This document shows positions 1-13,778 of a stretch of 64,000 nt of DNA, piece by piece. The translations under genes and the position numbers were made by a program. Origin of the DNA: the human T2T-CHM13v2.0 reference genome, Homo sapiens; the NCBI RefSeq assembly GCF_009914755.1, contig NC_060946.1. One strand, written 5' to 3'. Under the pieces are notes generated by a model. It was not told where the DNA came from. It did no database searches and saw nothing but the letters and a program-made list of their open reading frames with translations. Each line of letters begins with the position of its first letter. Within the stretch, counting starts at the first letter, position 1.

Positions 1-264
<264 letters not shown>

Positions 265-426
265 TGAGAATTGATTGTTATAAAAGAATCTGGAAATCAG
301 GCTTCCCTGGCTGGGGCTAAGTTGTGACTTCTCTTGCAGGATGGCCTCGAACTCCCAGCCTGGGCTTCTGACTCATGGTAATGCCTGGTCCCTTGGGCAT
401 CTGAGTTGGCATCCCTTGGTCAAAAC

Positions 427-922
<496 letters not shown>

Positions 923-1808
923 CTACCGAGGAGCTCAGGACCGTCTGACTTCAGGGCCCATTGCCCAGATCATCTGAATCGGTGCCCTTGGCTGCTGATC
1001 CATTATCTGTTAGAGTGGCCAGGGGCCTCTAGGTCCTTCTCTTCAGCTGTTAGCAGCCTCCTCCATCGACCTGCTGAGTTGTATAGCTACCACTCTTTTC
1101 TAGGAGTGTCATGACGTGAACAAGGCTGAGCAGCATTCACTGGCCCATCACAGTGCCTCCTTTGTCTTCCAGCTTCACCCCTGGAGGACAGAGCTATTGG
1201 TATGGAGGTCTCCTGGGGGTGAAGACCAAGAGTCAAGCAAGAGATCAGGGTCTGCCGCTAGTGTCCTATTGATCTGGAGGCTTAATGGAGGCAGATGTTT
1301 GTATTTTAGAAAGCTGCTTCCCCTACCCCCAACACATGGACAGACACACACCCCAAAATGTAACAAACCCATTGTCTGCATCATCTGTGGTCTTCCTGGA
1401 AAACAAGCCTGCCATGGCCACCTGTCGGCAGTGATGCCAACTGCTCCCCGGTACAGCTATTTCCAAGATTCCAGAGATGTGGCTGGTTTCACTTCCAGGA
1501 AGCTTGCTGGAAGACTGCCCTGTGCCCCACGCCTCAGTAGGGCAGGGGGCCTCCCCTGGTTTTAGGATCATGCTTCTCCTGCCTGCTGATGGTAAGAATG
1601 GGCTGTGCCTGAGCGTTTTGGCTAGAGAAGCCCTCAGCAGACATATAGGCTGTGTTCCAAAAGGCCTGGCAGAACTCTCTGGAGTCTTACCTCCCCTGGC
1701 ATGGATGCCAGAATCAGTGGGAAGAACGTGTGCGTGTGATATGCAGCCCTGTGCAAATCATTTCTCCTCTTTGATCTCTGCTTATCTCATCTGTAAAATG
1801 AGTATCAT

Positions 1809-2429
1809 TGAAACGGTCCTCACAGGGATAACAAAAATTACATCCTGGGTCCTGTGCAGAAATATAGTTCTATTAAGCACTAATCAGGCCACACTTTGGC
1901 CCACTTCCTTGTAACTGAGAGTCAGGTAGCACTAGATACTGACCATCTGCATCCTCATTGTTCCTATACCTAGGATTTCTAACCTTAGAATCATAGGTTT
2001 TTGTTTACGAATTGATTTATATCCCCATTGTTCCTATAGCTACGATCAGTGACCATGGACTCATAAGGCTTTTGTTTAAGAATTGCCTAAGATGTTCTTC
2101 AGATCCTGAATTCCAGCAGGAAAGCTAATGCCAACCAGTTTGAAAACAACCACAGAGGAATCGAATCAGCACGAGAATGCAGTTTCTTCATTTCCCTGTC
2201 CCATGACTTTACTCTGCACTCTTTGACCAATCAATAATCCTGGACCTTGGCCCACTTCAAACCCCTTGAAATCTCTAGCTCCAACTCCCTGGAGGGGTGG
2301 ATTTGAGGTTTCCTCCTGTTTCCTTGTTTGGCTGCCGTATGATTATTAAACTCTTTCTTTGCTGCAATCCCTGTTGCCTTGGTTTATTGACTTACTGTGC
2401 ATCGGGCAAACAAACCTATTATGATGACA
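1809..2429 (+). mobile_element. ERV1 solo LTR (LTR26-like) inserted in a MIR
   Basis: TG...CA termini, perfect 4-bp TSD TCAT (1805-1808 / 2430-2433), ATTAAA near the 3' end; flanks are two halves of a MIR core. Confidence 0.8.
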
Positions 2430-4014
2430 TCATGACGCAATATCCACCTCAAAGGACTGCTGGGAGCCTCAAAAATTTACAAATTTGTGAATTGTATGTG
2501 ACTGTCTGATGCCGGGGAGCAGCAAGGAGCTTTTGGTGATTGGAGTGCGGTAAATTATAATGTTCCCCACCCCACCGGGTGATGTGTGCCCCACTTCTGT
2601 CTGAGGGTCTCTTAAGGGGAAGAATTCTCTGGCCTTTGTTAGATGCAGTGTCAGGATGGCTCAACAGACATGACCAGGAAAACAGAGAAAAGAAAAAAGG
2701 AAATCTTATTGCTTTTCAATGTCTGTCAGTTAAAAAAAATTGATATTCTTTGTTTTTCATGGAGGGGTCCTCTGCATCAGTGCTCATAAGAACAGACAAT
2801 TTATTTCTTCCAAATGAGTCTGTTCCTGGGCCTCTGTCCCTCTTGACAAAATGGGGCTTATAGATGGTGTACACTGTCTTTAAAACACAGTGCCAGAGGG
2901 TGGTATTCTTTCTTTCTTTTTGTTTAAATCATTCTTTTGAAATGAATGTTCTTGGTTTTGGCTTCAGGCCTGGTGTGAGATCAGTTGACCAAAACACAAG
3001 AGCAGTTCATATGCAAAAGGTCAGTGCTGGTCTCAAAGGTACTGACATGTTTCTTGGGTGGGGCCTTGTGAAATTCTTTATAAATAAACTCTCTAATTAA
3101 GTTGGCTCCTTGCCTTGTACTGGGAAGAGATGATTACACCAGGGTGTTCCTGAGGGTCCCTGGCAGCAAGCAGAACAGGGCTGTCAATCTCAGTCCAAAT
3201 TCTGCTTCACCACTTACCTGTGACCTTGGGCAGAATGACTCTTGGCACCTCTATAAAACAGGGATCAGAAATACCTCTGAAATACCTCTGAAGGTTAGAG
3301 GAGATGCACAAGGCACTCATCGTGGTGTACGGGCACTTGGGAATTGTTACTATCCTCCTTCTCTTTCCTTATTCATCCATGTAATCTGCTCTGAGCTATC
3401 CCAGAGAAGCAGAGGCCCAGGGAAGTTAAGAAATTTGCTGAAGGTCACAATGCTGGCAAACAGTTGAGCCAAGCTCAGAACCCCAGCATCAGTTGGTTTT
3501 CCCCAGCGCCAGTCTAAGCCCAAAGCCCATACTCTCTTTTGCTTATCTCCCCATCTCCTATTTCTATGAAGCTTTAGACTTTCTAATGCACTTTTATTCA
3601 CTAGCTCTCCCAAGTGATTGGGTGAGGAAAATCATGAAATAAGGGAAAATTGCATTTACAGGTTTAAGTGACTGGCACTGGTGGTTACTGCTGGCCCCAG
3701 GGAGTGTGAGGCTAGCAGGATGACCCAGATTTCCCAAACCAGGCCAGGGCTCTTTCCAGTGAACCAAGGATGATGTGAAGATGCAGGAGGTGGCAGAGGA
3801 AGATCTCAGGTAGAGGTCTTAGCTTTAAGTTCTTGTAAGAAAAATGACTTCATGATCTAGATGGTCCTGCCTTCAACAGGTGAACATTGGGTTACACAGA
3901 GAAGCAGGATGACTGTTTCAGTTAGCTCTGCTTACGCCTAGAATCACAGCATTTTAGCTTTCAAAGGCAGGAAGCAAATTTAAGGACTCTTTACAAGATG
4001 GGCATGTGTGTCTT

Positions 4015-4352
4015 TTATATGTATATATACGTATATAGACATATATACGTATATATACGTATATATGTGTATGTATACATATATGTGTATATACGTATAT
4101 GTGTATGTATACATATATGTGTATATACGTATATATGTATATATGTATGTATACGTATATATGTATGTATGTATACGTATATATGTATGTATGTATATAT
4201 GTATATGTATATATGTGTATATGTATATATGTATACATGTATACATGTATATATGTATATATGTATACATGTATATGTATATATGTATATGTATGTATAT
4301 ACATATACACATATACACACAAACACATGCACACACATGCAAATATACACAT
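4015..4352. repeat. Complex (TA/TG/CA)n alternating purine-pyrimidine microsatellite
   Basis: Directly visible tatatg/tatacg/tacatg units over ~335 bp. Confidence 0.97.
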
Positions 4353-4353
4353 G

Positions 4354-4963
4354 CAGTTGATTCTCATTATTAATGCTAGTTATGCCTTATAAAGTTGCAG
4401 TGAACACTGAATAAGTGAATACTGACCCATTGCTCCTAGGAGAAATACAGAGTTAAGTTCCTTTAAGCCTCTGGTCACAATATTTTCATCCAGTGATTAA
4501 TATATAAACTTGTGTTATGTGTGTTTCTGCTGAAAGACATTTTAATATATATTGTTGATTCATTGACATTAAACTCAATGCCAATGGTACTGTATAACTC
4601 ATGCCTAAATGAAACTTATCTAACACATCTATTTTTTTCCATAAAGAATATCACTTAGGAAGACTAGACAGCACTTCAGCACTACACTTCGAGGGCATTT
4701 TAAACAGTGAAATCATCAACAAAAAGCACAAAAATGCATAAGTGTGGCACCAAATAGACTGCAAGAAGGACACTTGTTTACGGTTTGAGAGCTGAAACCA
4801 GGAGACAGAGTGTTATCTTATTTGACTCAAATTTTTCACCACTCTGAGCAGGTCCGTGAATGGCCACAAAACTGCTGCGAGATTTCATTTTGGGGCTACA
4901 AAGGAATTTTTGCAAGTAGATGAATTGGCAAACATGGAGTCTGTGAATGATGAGGATGGACTG
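4354..4963 (-). mobile_element. MER82-like TcMar-Tigger non-autonomous DNA transposon
   Basis: Terminal inverted repeats cagttgattctcattatt / aatgatgaggatggactg; internal sequence matches recalled MER82 consensus. Confidence 0.75.
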
Positions 4964-5105
4964 TGTATGTTGCATTTGTGGAGAGGACAACTTCATTGCA
5001 GAGGATGTGTAAAGGGAGCACAGTGCCTAAAGTCTTCATTAAGGTGTAGGGGACTGATGTATCCCCTCCCGAGGGCCCACTGTGCTCAAGAGAAGCAGAG
5101 AATAC

Positions 5106-5406
<301 letters not shown>

Positions 5407-6084
5407 GAGAGAGAGAAGCAGAGAATAAAGGAGGCCAGTGGCCATCAAAAGGGAGTGGCAGGTAGGTGAGAGAGGACATAGGGAGGGAGGTGGGATTGAG
5501 AGGGAGGGCAGTGGGTGTTGGGGGGGAGGGTCCCTCACGGTTTAGCTGGGTCCCAGAACTCCCTCCCCCTGAACACCTCGTGGGTGGGTGCCTCTTCTCT
5601 GCTCACTTTTGGCTGGACTTCTGCTGATCTGTGAAACACAGAGAGACTCTCCTCTCTGGCTGTCTCCCAGTTGCGGGGAACCTTTTGATTTCTTAACTAT
5701 TCCCCTGGGATCCATTCCTCTATTTGCTCATTTTCTAATACTCCCTCTTCATCACCGTGTTACTGGGCCACTGACTCCCACTCCAAAGGCCGACCAGGCC
5801 CGGAAAGCTCATAAAGTGAGTCAGCCTAAGAGAAGGGATCCGAGTCCAGGTCACTTGGAGCTGATGACGGCAGCGAACCTGGCTAAGCCAGCGTGTGCAA
5901 GATGCTGGCGCTGCTGGAAACATCGCCTGGAGGAGCGGCCCTCTCATCACCCGGAACAGACAGGGGTGTCTGCAGAGGTTTCCCAACCTGTCATCATTAC
6001 TCTAGGGTCTTCTTAGAAGGACAACAAACCCTGTACCTGCATGGCGGAGTGTTAGGATATCTGGTACCATGTCACTCCCCTGAG

Positions 6085-6285
6085 CTCAGCCAGACTGCCT
6101 GAGGGTTGTGCCCCACTCCACCATTTACTGCTTGTGCCTCAGTTTCCTGATCTGTAAAATGGAAGTTCTAATAGTATCCACCTCATAGGGTTGTTATGAG
6201 GACTGCACTACATATATACATATAGCACTGAGAACAGTGCCTGCACAGAGTAAGCTCTACAGAACACTGGCTTTTATTATTGTGA
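6085..6285 (+). mobile_element. MIR
   Basis: Core gcctcagtttcctgatctgtaaaatgg...cctcatagggttgttatgagga. Confidence 0.85.
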
Positions 6286-6729
6286 TTATTATTGCTCGTA
6301 TTATTACTACTCTTCTCATCTCTAAAGAATGGAATGGGGCTGAACGATTTCAAAGGCCTTTCTTTCCCTTCCTGTTCTGTTACTGGAGATGCTCCCTTGC
6401 TGTGTGGCCTTGGGCAAGGCCCTTGTCCTCTCTGGGCCGCAAGTTCTTATCTTCTAAGTGAGGTGCTGGGAGTCAAGCCCTGAGAGCCTGAATCTATGAA
6501 ATAAGGATAAGATGACTCCTAGAGTGGGGTTCATTTGTGACTGCAGCCTCTCCTGGGGATGCTGAATTTCCTTATTTTAAGAATTTACTCAGAATTTAAT
6601 CCAATTCCTCTCCCCTTTTTGTCTATTGTAACTGCTTATTTCATCTCAGCTGAGATAAATGGTTAAGTAATCAACATAACAGGGTATATTTGTAGTGTGT
6701 TTTTAAAGCTCCCATTCACTGAACCAACC

Positions 6730-6930
6730 ACCTTCCTAAGCCTGGATTAATTTATTCTATCATCATTACAACCCTGGGAGGGAGATTATTGTCCCTGTGT
6801 TAGAGATGAGGAAATTGAAGCACAGAGAAAAGTTAAGCAACTTGCCCAAGGACACACAAACAGTAAATAGTAAATCCAGATTTAAACCAGGAACCTTGAC
6901 TCCAGATTCTGTAAGCTTTACCCTGACACT
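6730..6930 (-). mobile_element. MIR
   Basis: agatgaggaaattgaagcacagaga...ttaagcaacttgcccaagg. Confidence 0.8.
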
Positions 6931-6980
6931 ATACCAGCGGTTGGCCTTGAGCTTAATTTCTAATTCTACGATGGAAACGC

Positions 6981-7426
6981 TGAGGTGGGAGGCAGGTCTT
7001 TACTCCAGACCAGACTGATGACTGGCTGAACCAGGGAAGAGGCAAAAGCACCTCTCCATAAGACATGCTCACCAGTACATGCCAGTTTACCCTTGCCAGT
7101 AACTCAGAAGTTACTGCCTCTTTCCATGGCATTGACAGATCCACCCCTTTTCTAGAAATTTCTGAATAGCCCGCCTCTTAATTTGCATGTAATTAAAATG
7201 GGTATAAATATGACTGAAACACTGCCCCGAGCTCCTATTCTCAACACACTGCCTGTGGGGTAGCCCTGCTCTGCAGGAGGAGTCACGGAGCTGTAACACT
7301 GCTGACTCAATAAAGCTGTTTTCTCCTACCACTGGTTTGCTCTCTTGCTCTTGAATTCTTTCCCGAACAAAGCCAAGAACCTTCCCAGGCTAAGTCCCAG
7401 TTGTGGGGCTTGCCTGCTCTGCATCA
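6981..7426 (+). mobile_element. MER66-like ERV1 solo LTR
   Basis: tgaggtgggaggc...ctgcatca termini; octamer ATTTGCAT (7181), TATA-like tataaat (7203), AATAAA (7309). Confidence 0.75.
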
Positions 7427-8149
7427 ACATGATATTGAGCAATTCCTTCCAATGGACTGCTCATAACATTGGTTAATACCACAGAATCTCATCATTGGAG
7501 GATAATGTAAGGGTCACCTCCATGGTGTCTTAATTGGGCTGGTCAGGCGACTAATGAGAAGCTGAAGGAAGTTATGGACCCCTTTCCCCCAAAATGCTCA
7601 TGTCACATCCACACATAAACACACATGCAAGTTTGTCTCTATTTCAGGGGGTGCAAATATCTCAGGCTAAGAACCTCACATAATACTTAATCTCTTGAAA
7701 CTCTCAATAAGTTTCCTAACTCTCTCATCTTTGCTCCAACTGTCCAGTGATGAGAACCTCTTACCTAAGGGGGCAGTCCAGTAAGATGTGCCTCTGATTG
7801 TTAGAAAGTTGCTCTTTCCACAGGACTGATAACACTGATTGGGTCCCAACTATGCCCACTAGATGTTATGTAGAATCGGTCTAATCTATCTTCCCATGAT
7901 AATCCTCCATGTTTCTGAAGATGTTGTTGGTCACACTCTCTCTAGTTCTTCTGGGGTATATGCCTCATCCATCCACTACTTGGTTCATTCTTCCATACAT
8001 TAATTTGTCACTATCCCTTTCAAACACCCAAAATTGGTGCAGCCCAGAACACCAGAATCTTCTGGCTGTGGACTGGCTAGCTAGGTGCAGGGCTCTTGTT
8101 TTTGTTCTGGGTATCATCTTTCCATTCATAGATCCTAAGAGTGAATTAC

Positions 8150-8972
8150 ATTTTTAAAATCTTATTTTGAAATATAGCACAACTATGAAGAAGGGCAAAA
8201 ACAAAAAACAACAACTCAATGAACTATCACAAAGCAAATACCCACATAACCACCCCCTAAATCAAGAACTAGAACTTTGCCCACTTCTGCCTCATCTCCA
8301 TGACTATCCCTTCCGTCCTCTCCGAAGATAACTTCTATTCTGACTTTTATGGTGATAATCTCTTGCTTTTCTTAGAAGTTCTATCACCTAAATATGTATA
8401 TGAGTTAATGCTATAGTTAAGTTTTCCTGGTTTTTAAATTTTATATAAATGGAACTATAGAAATAGGCAATCTTTTGTTTCTGACTTATTTCACTAAATG
8501 GTGTGTTTGTGAGATTCATTCAAGTTGCTATATGTAGTTGTAGTTCATTAATTTTTATTGCTGAAAATATTCCATTTATATGAATATACTACAATTGATT
8601 TATCTATTCTATTAAATGGACATATGAATTTCCAGCAATTATAAACAAATCTAGCATAATCATGTGCTTTGGTCACACATGCATGTATTTAGGTCAGGTA
8701 TACCTAAAATAACTCCTGTGCGATCAGCTTAGTAGACAATATCAAGCTATATTCCGAAGTGGTTGTACAAATTTATGCTTTTACAAAAAATATGTACTTT
8801 CTGTGTGTCTGTTCCAACTGTTCCATGTTCTCACCAACACTTAGCATTATTAATCTTTTTAATTTTGGCTATTCTCGTGGCTATAAAGTAGCAACTCATT
8901 GTGGTTTCAATTTGCATTTCCCTGATGACTAATAAAGTTGAGCCTATTTTCATCTATTTATTTGGCATTTGT
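8150..8972 (-). mobile_element. Old L1 (L1M/L1ME-type) 3' fragment
   Basis: Antisense L1 3' motifs: gagattcattcaagttgct, ctcattgtggtttcaatttgcatttccctgatgactaat. Confidence 0.85.
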
Positions 8973-9127
8973 TGATTAGAGCTTTTGGCAACCCAGTCCT
9001 CATCTGAGTCATACTAAACTTGTAGCCAAGTGAAATAAATTATGTGACATATGATGCTATTTAATCATATCTCCCCTACTGACTTAGGTTGGATTTTGGG
9101 TGCCCAGAACAGGTCTGAACATTCTTA

Positions 9128-9365
9128 ATAATGACGGGCCATATTTCTGGTGTGCCCACTTGTTTCAGGCACTGAGCTATGTGCTTGACATATATAATGT
9201 CTCTTAATCCTCACAACCAGCTTACGAAGCTCATACAATTATTACTATGTTCATTTTACATGAGAAGAAACTAAAGTGGACGAGGCAACTTATCTAAGGT
9301 CTCACAACTATTAGGTGGTGTGACCTAGATTCAAATAAACACCCTTAGCCACCGTAATAACAATC
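9128..9365 (-). mobile_element. MIR
   Basis: ttaatcctcacaacc...cattttacatgagaagaaact. Confidence 0.75.
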
Positions 9366-9439
9366 TGCTTCCAAAGACGGAGACATATGGCTGCATTTAA
9401 AAAAAAAAACTTAAAAATTGCTAAAAACTGAATAATAAG

Positions 9440-9565
9440 GCAAACATGTCATTGTCAAAAGGAGAAAATAGTTCCAAAGTATGACAAAGCATTAATGGTT
9501 TTCGAATGTGAGATGTTCTTACAAATTAATAAAAGGACAACCATCTCAATAGAAAATGGCAAAAG
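9440..9565 (+). mobile_element. Short L1M ORF2 fragment
   Basis: tcttacaaattaataaaaggacaaccatctcaatagaaaatggcaaa resembles L1 ORF2 3' region. Confidence 0.5.
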
Positions 9566-9848
9566 TTTTCTGGGGTTAGATAAATCTGGGAATTTCTACT
9601 TACTTTTCCGTTCTTGTACCCCAACAATGTATATGACCAAATTTATGACTCTAAGAAGTTCTGCGCTAAAAGCTTACTTTAATGCAGAGTTTTCCAAACC
9701 TATATGACAAAAATAGATTTTGGCATCCTGAGTAATTACAATTCTTCAGAACATGCTTTGAAACATGTTGAACTCTATTATCACCACGGCTTCCTCTGGT
9801 TTCTAGTCTGGTAAAATCTCCAAAAAAGGAAATGAAGTTAGTTTTGTG

Positions 9849-10520
9849 CAATGTTTCTCAACCTTGATACTCCAGTAGTCCCTTCTTATCTGTGGTTTTG
9901 GTTACCCACGGTCAACTGCGGTCCAGATACATTAAATGGAAAATTCCAGAAATAAACAATTCCTAGGTTTTGAAGTGCACACCATCCTGAGTAGCGTGAT
10001 GAAATCTTGCACCACCCAGCTCCATTCTGCCCAGGACGTGAATCATCACTGCGTCCAGCACGTCCATGCTGTATATGCCACCCACCCGTTAGCCACTTAG
10101 GAGCCATCTCAGTTACTGGATCCATTATCACGGAATGTTCAAGTAAGTGTTATTCTACTTCATAGTGGCCCCCAAAGTTCAAGGGCACTGTGCCTAATTT
10201 ATAAATTAAACTTTATCATAGGTATGTAGAGGAATAATGATTCAGAACTATCAGTGGTTTCAGGAATCCACTGGGGGTCTTGGAATGTATCCCCAGCAGA
10301 CAAGTGGGATCGACTGTATTGACATTTTGGGGCAGTACAATTTTTTGTCGTGGGAAGCTGTCTTATGTACTGTGGATGTCTAGCAGCATCCCTGGCTTCT
10401 ACCTGGTAAATATCAGTACTACCCCCTCACTGTCCCCAGGTTATAACAAATAAAATTGCCTCCAGACACATCCAAATGCCTCCTGCCCGGGGGCAGATCA
10501 TTTTCCTCCCAACCACTTGT
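9849..10520 (-). mobile_element. MER20 (hAT-Charlie), interrupted by MER44
   Basis: caatgtttctcaacctt...ttgacattttggg...agcagcatccctggcttctacc...ctccagaca. Confidence 0.8.
9873..10316 (+). mobile_element. MER44 (Tigger7-derived MITE)
   Basis: cagtagtccc...ttacccacggtcaactgcggtcc...ggaaaattccagaaataaacaattc; right end ...ggtcttggaatgtatcccc...gactg(ta). Confidence 0.8.
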
Positions 10521-11589
10521 CTAACCTGACTGACTTCTAACGAACTTATGGTATCCCCATGAATACGGACCACTGTCTAAGCACTCCCAAAATGGCACAG
10601 AGTTTCACCATATTTTGATTTCTGTTTCTCATGATGTCCACTATTTTTTTGTTTTAATACAAGGGGGTAATTGTTCCATCTCTTGTCTTCTAGTCTTTTT
10701 TATTTTTTAGGATTTCTTAAATCTCCAGGCACACCCAATCACATGCAGTTCCCCTGATGCCAGGTTTCCTCTTACTAGTTGAATTTTCTCCTTTCCTGGG
10801 CATGCTCTTAATCACCAGTGCCAACAAAGGCCATGCACTTTTCTTTCTAAATCAAGCCTCAATTCTCCTAGGATGCCTTTTCCAACTAGGTAGAATTAAG
10901 TTCTTTTCTCTAAGCCTCATACCCTCTGCACAGCCTTCTACCAGGCCCCCAACAACACATTATGCATATTTACACGACTATCTCTCCAATTCCTTGAGGA
11001 CAGGGACTGGGTCCTATTGATTTTCCAATTCTCAGCATAGAGTAGGCACCACAAGTATAAAAGAACAAAGGAGTGAAGTATAATTTGGGATAGGCCAGCA
11101 ATTGCATCCATGGGGGCCTGGGTAGATTTCAAGCAACACTGAGCTCATTGACAGCCTCCTTACCAGCTTTCTTCTAGGAACGTTCTCTTTGCTTGTCTCC
11201 AGGAGGACAATCTTCACTCCCAAGAGAAGGTAAACGTACCACAGGTACCAGCTTTGTTTTTCTCTCTCTCAGCTATGAATATGACATCCTTTGCTTCATC
11301 AACTTGGTCGAGACTGTTACTGCAAGTTTTCTCATTCCAAACATAAGGAGAAAAGTCCTTTTCCCTTGATCTCAGCATTTTTGCAAACCTCAGTTTATTC
11401 TCGTCTGTGTCATTTTTTTTTTTTTTAATCCTTGGAGTGCACCCTCCTTTCCATGTTTTGGGAGGCCCTTCTGGACCTGAGTTTCTCATCTCTTTATTTC
11501 CTTTTTATGTCCTGTTGGGGATTATTTTAAGCTTTAAGCACAGAGTTTAATTCTTGGGAATGCTTTGACTTTACCAGAGCTGTCCAAGA

Positions 11590-12320
11590 TAGTGGAAATG
11601 GGTGGAGAGAAAGATACAGGTCAGAGAAACATTAACAAGGGGCAATTGACAAGACTTGGAGACCATTTGGACATGGAGGAGGGGGAGATGACTCCCAGGT
11701 TTCTGTTTTGAGGCAACTAAATGACTGGTGGTTCCTGCTGCAGAGATGGAGGTCACAGGAGGAAGCAGAGGAGGAGGAGAAGGAGGGAGGTGAGGGTGTC
11801 TGGGAAGATGCTGAGCCTGGTCTGGGATGTTTAGGCTCTGAGGTTTCCATGGGAGACAAAGTAGAGATGTAGAGGACATAACTGGATATAAGAGCCTGAT
11901 GCTCTGGGAAGGAAAAAGGTGACTCGGGAGTCTGTTGGCATGCAGATGGCAGCTGAAGCTGAGGTAGCTGACAAGAGCACTCAGGGATCGTGTGCAGATG
12001 GAATAGCCACGGTTAGGGATGATGCAGGAAGAAAAGTTCTTGAAGGAGAACAAGAAGGAGTGGCAAGAGACAGAGAGGAGGAAAGCCAGGAGAGAAGCAT
12101 GCACCAGAGGCCACTATAAGGAGAGTTTGGGACAGAAGGATGGCCAGCCACTGTAAATGATAGAGAGAGGTGGATTCCAATAAGGACAGAAAAGTGCCTG
12201 CTGAATTAGCAACAGACGATCATTGGAGACCACTGAGAGGACAGCTTTAGTGGAGTGGAGGGGGCTGGAGCCATATGCAAGGATGGAAGAGGCAGTGGGA
12301 GACAAGGGAATTGGGGGGCA
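11590..12320 (-). mobile_element. L2 fragment (ORF2/RT region)
   Basis: gatgactcccaggtttctg motif; minus-strand SCHLHAN resembles a decayed YHLYADD. Confidence 0.7.
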
Positions 12321-12634
12321 GACATAGGATGATGGTTAAAGAGGGGTTCGTTCATTCATCCACCCAAGCAAGAAGTGGGGCAGGGGGCCTCCTGTGTACC
12401 GGGTGCCACTCAGGGCTCTGGGATACAGCAGTGGAAAACCAGGCAGAACTTCCTGCCCTCAAGGTGTGTACTTTCTAGAGAGATATACTCTGAAGGGAGG
12501 ACTCTTTTTAAAAGATAGTTATTAGAATTATCATTTGACTGATGAGGAAACCAAGAGAAGTTAGATGGTAACTCACCCAAGTTTATGAAGATGTCCAAGC
12601 TATGGGTCATGCCCTGATCTGCCTGACCCATTCC

Positions 12635-12948
<314 letters not shown>

Positions 12949-13199
12949 TGACCCATTCCTTTTTAGGCTGCCTGAAGGGAATGGAGTTTAGCCATACAGA
13001 AGGTATAACAGGGTAGGGAAAACTATAGATGTGAGGTGAAGAATTATTCACGTCTGGGTGGGCCTACTCAAAGAAAGGTGTCTACTTGGCCTCACATTGT
13101 TTAACTCCAGCTGTACTTTATCTAGGACCCACTATGTTGGGCATTGTGTCTGGGCTCAAGTCCCCTCCAATGTGAGTGGCAGGTACTGAGACCCACATG

Positions 13200-13645
13200 T
13201 TCCCACTTGTTTCTGAACCAGAGGCTTGAGAGGCAAACTGTGGGAGACCCCCAGTGCCCCCTTTCCTGTGGGACTCTGATGCACATGGTTTGACTGGTGT
13301 TAAACTATCTCTACATCCCATTGTTGAGGCCAAGTACATTGATCCAAGCAAGGTTCCATGGGATTAGATACAGAGGTGCTGGACAAAAAGAGGGTCTTTA
13401 TCCTTTGGGGATGGTGAGCTTAGGGACCAGGTTGGGTGGCTCACAGCCATTTTGACTGTCTGAAGAAAATGCCAAGTAGAGATGAACAGAGCCAAGAGAT
13501 AAAGAGGGAGATCAAGCTCTATTTCATTTGAACTACTGGATCCAGCTCTGCTGATCTTGGTAGATTCCTACCAAGAACTATCTCAGACATCCTAATATCT
13601 TGAACATTTTGACACTTGCAACTGAAGGAGTCTGACCAATATAGT
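13200..13645 (+). mobile_element. Old MaLR LTR (MLT1J/K/L-like)
   Basis: ctggatccagct and 3' end cacttgcaactgaaggagtctgaccaata. Confidence 0.55.
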
Positions 13646-13778
13646 TTGTCAGGATGTTATTTGTGACTGTGTGAGATATATTATATTATTGACTTTTGCA
13701 GTTAACTGACTCTGGGGGCTTCTTCCATGAAGCCAGATGTGTTTGCCATTTTCTAGGTGTCAGCAGCCCTACAGTGAT

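Larger units (their letters stand above)
7480..11490 (-). mobile_element. Fragmented CR1/L3 LINE (3' end plus ORF2 RT remnants) hosting nested younger elements
   Basis: Minus-strand peptides resemble CR1 ORF2: TNFISFFGDFTRL (9666-9851), YPGPHG (~11110) and KLRFAK..KDFSPYV (11214-11489); L3 3' motif ttagaaagtt... at 7800. Confidence 0.75.

Noticed and set aside
3954-4392. Six overlapping ORFs rich in Y/I/C/V/H/T
   Set aside because: Translation of the RY microsatellite, which cannot form stop codons; not coding
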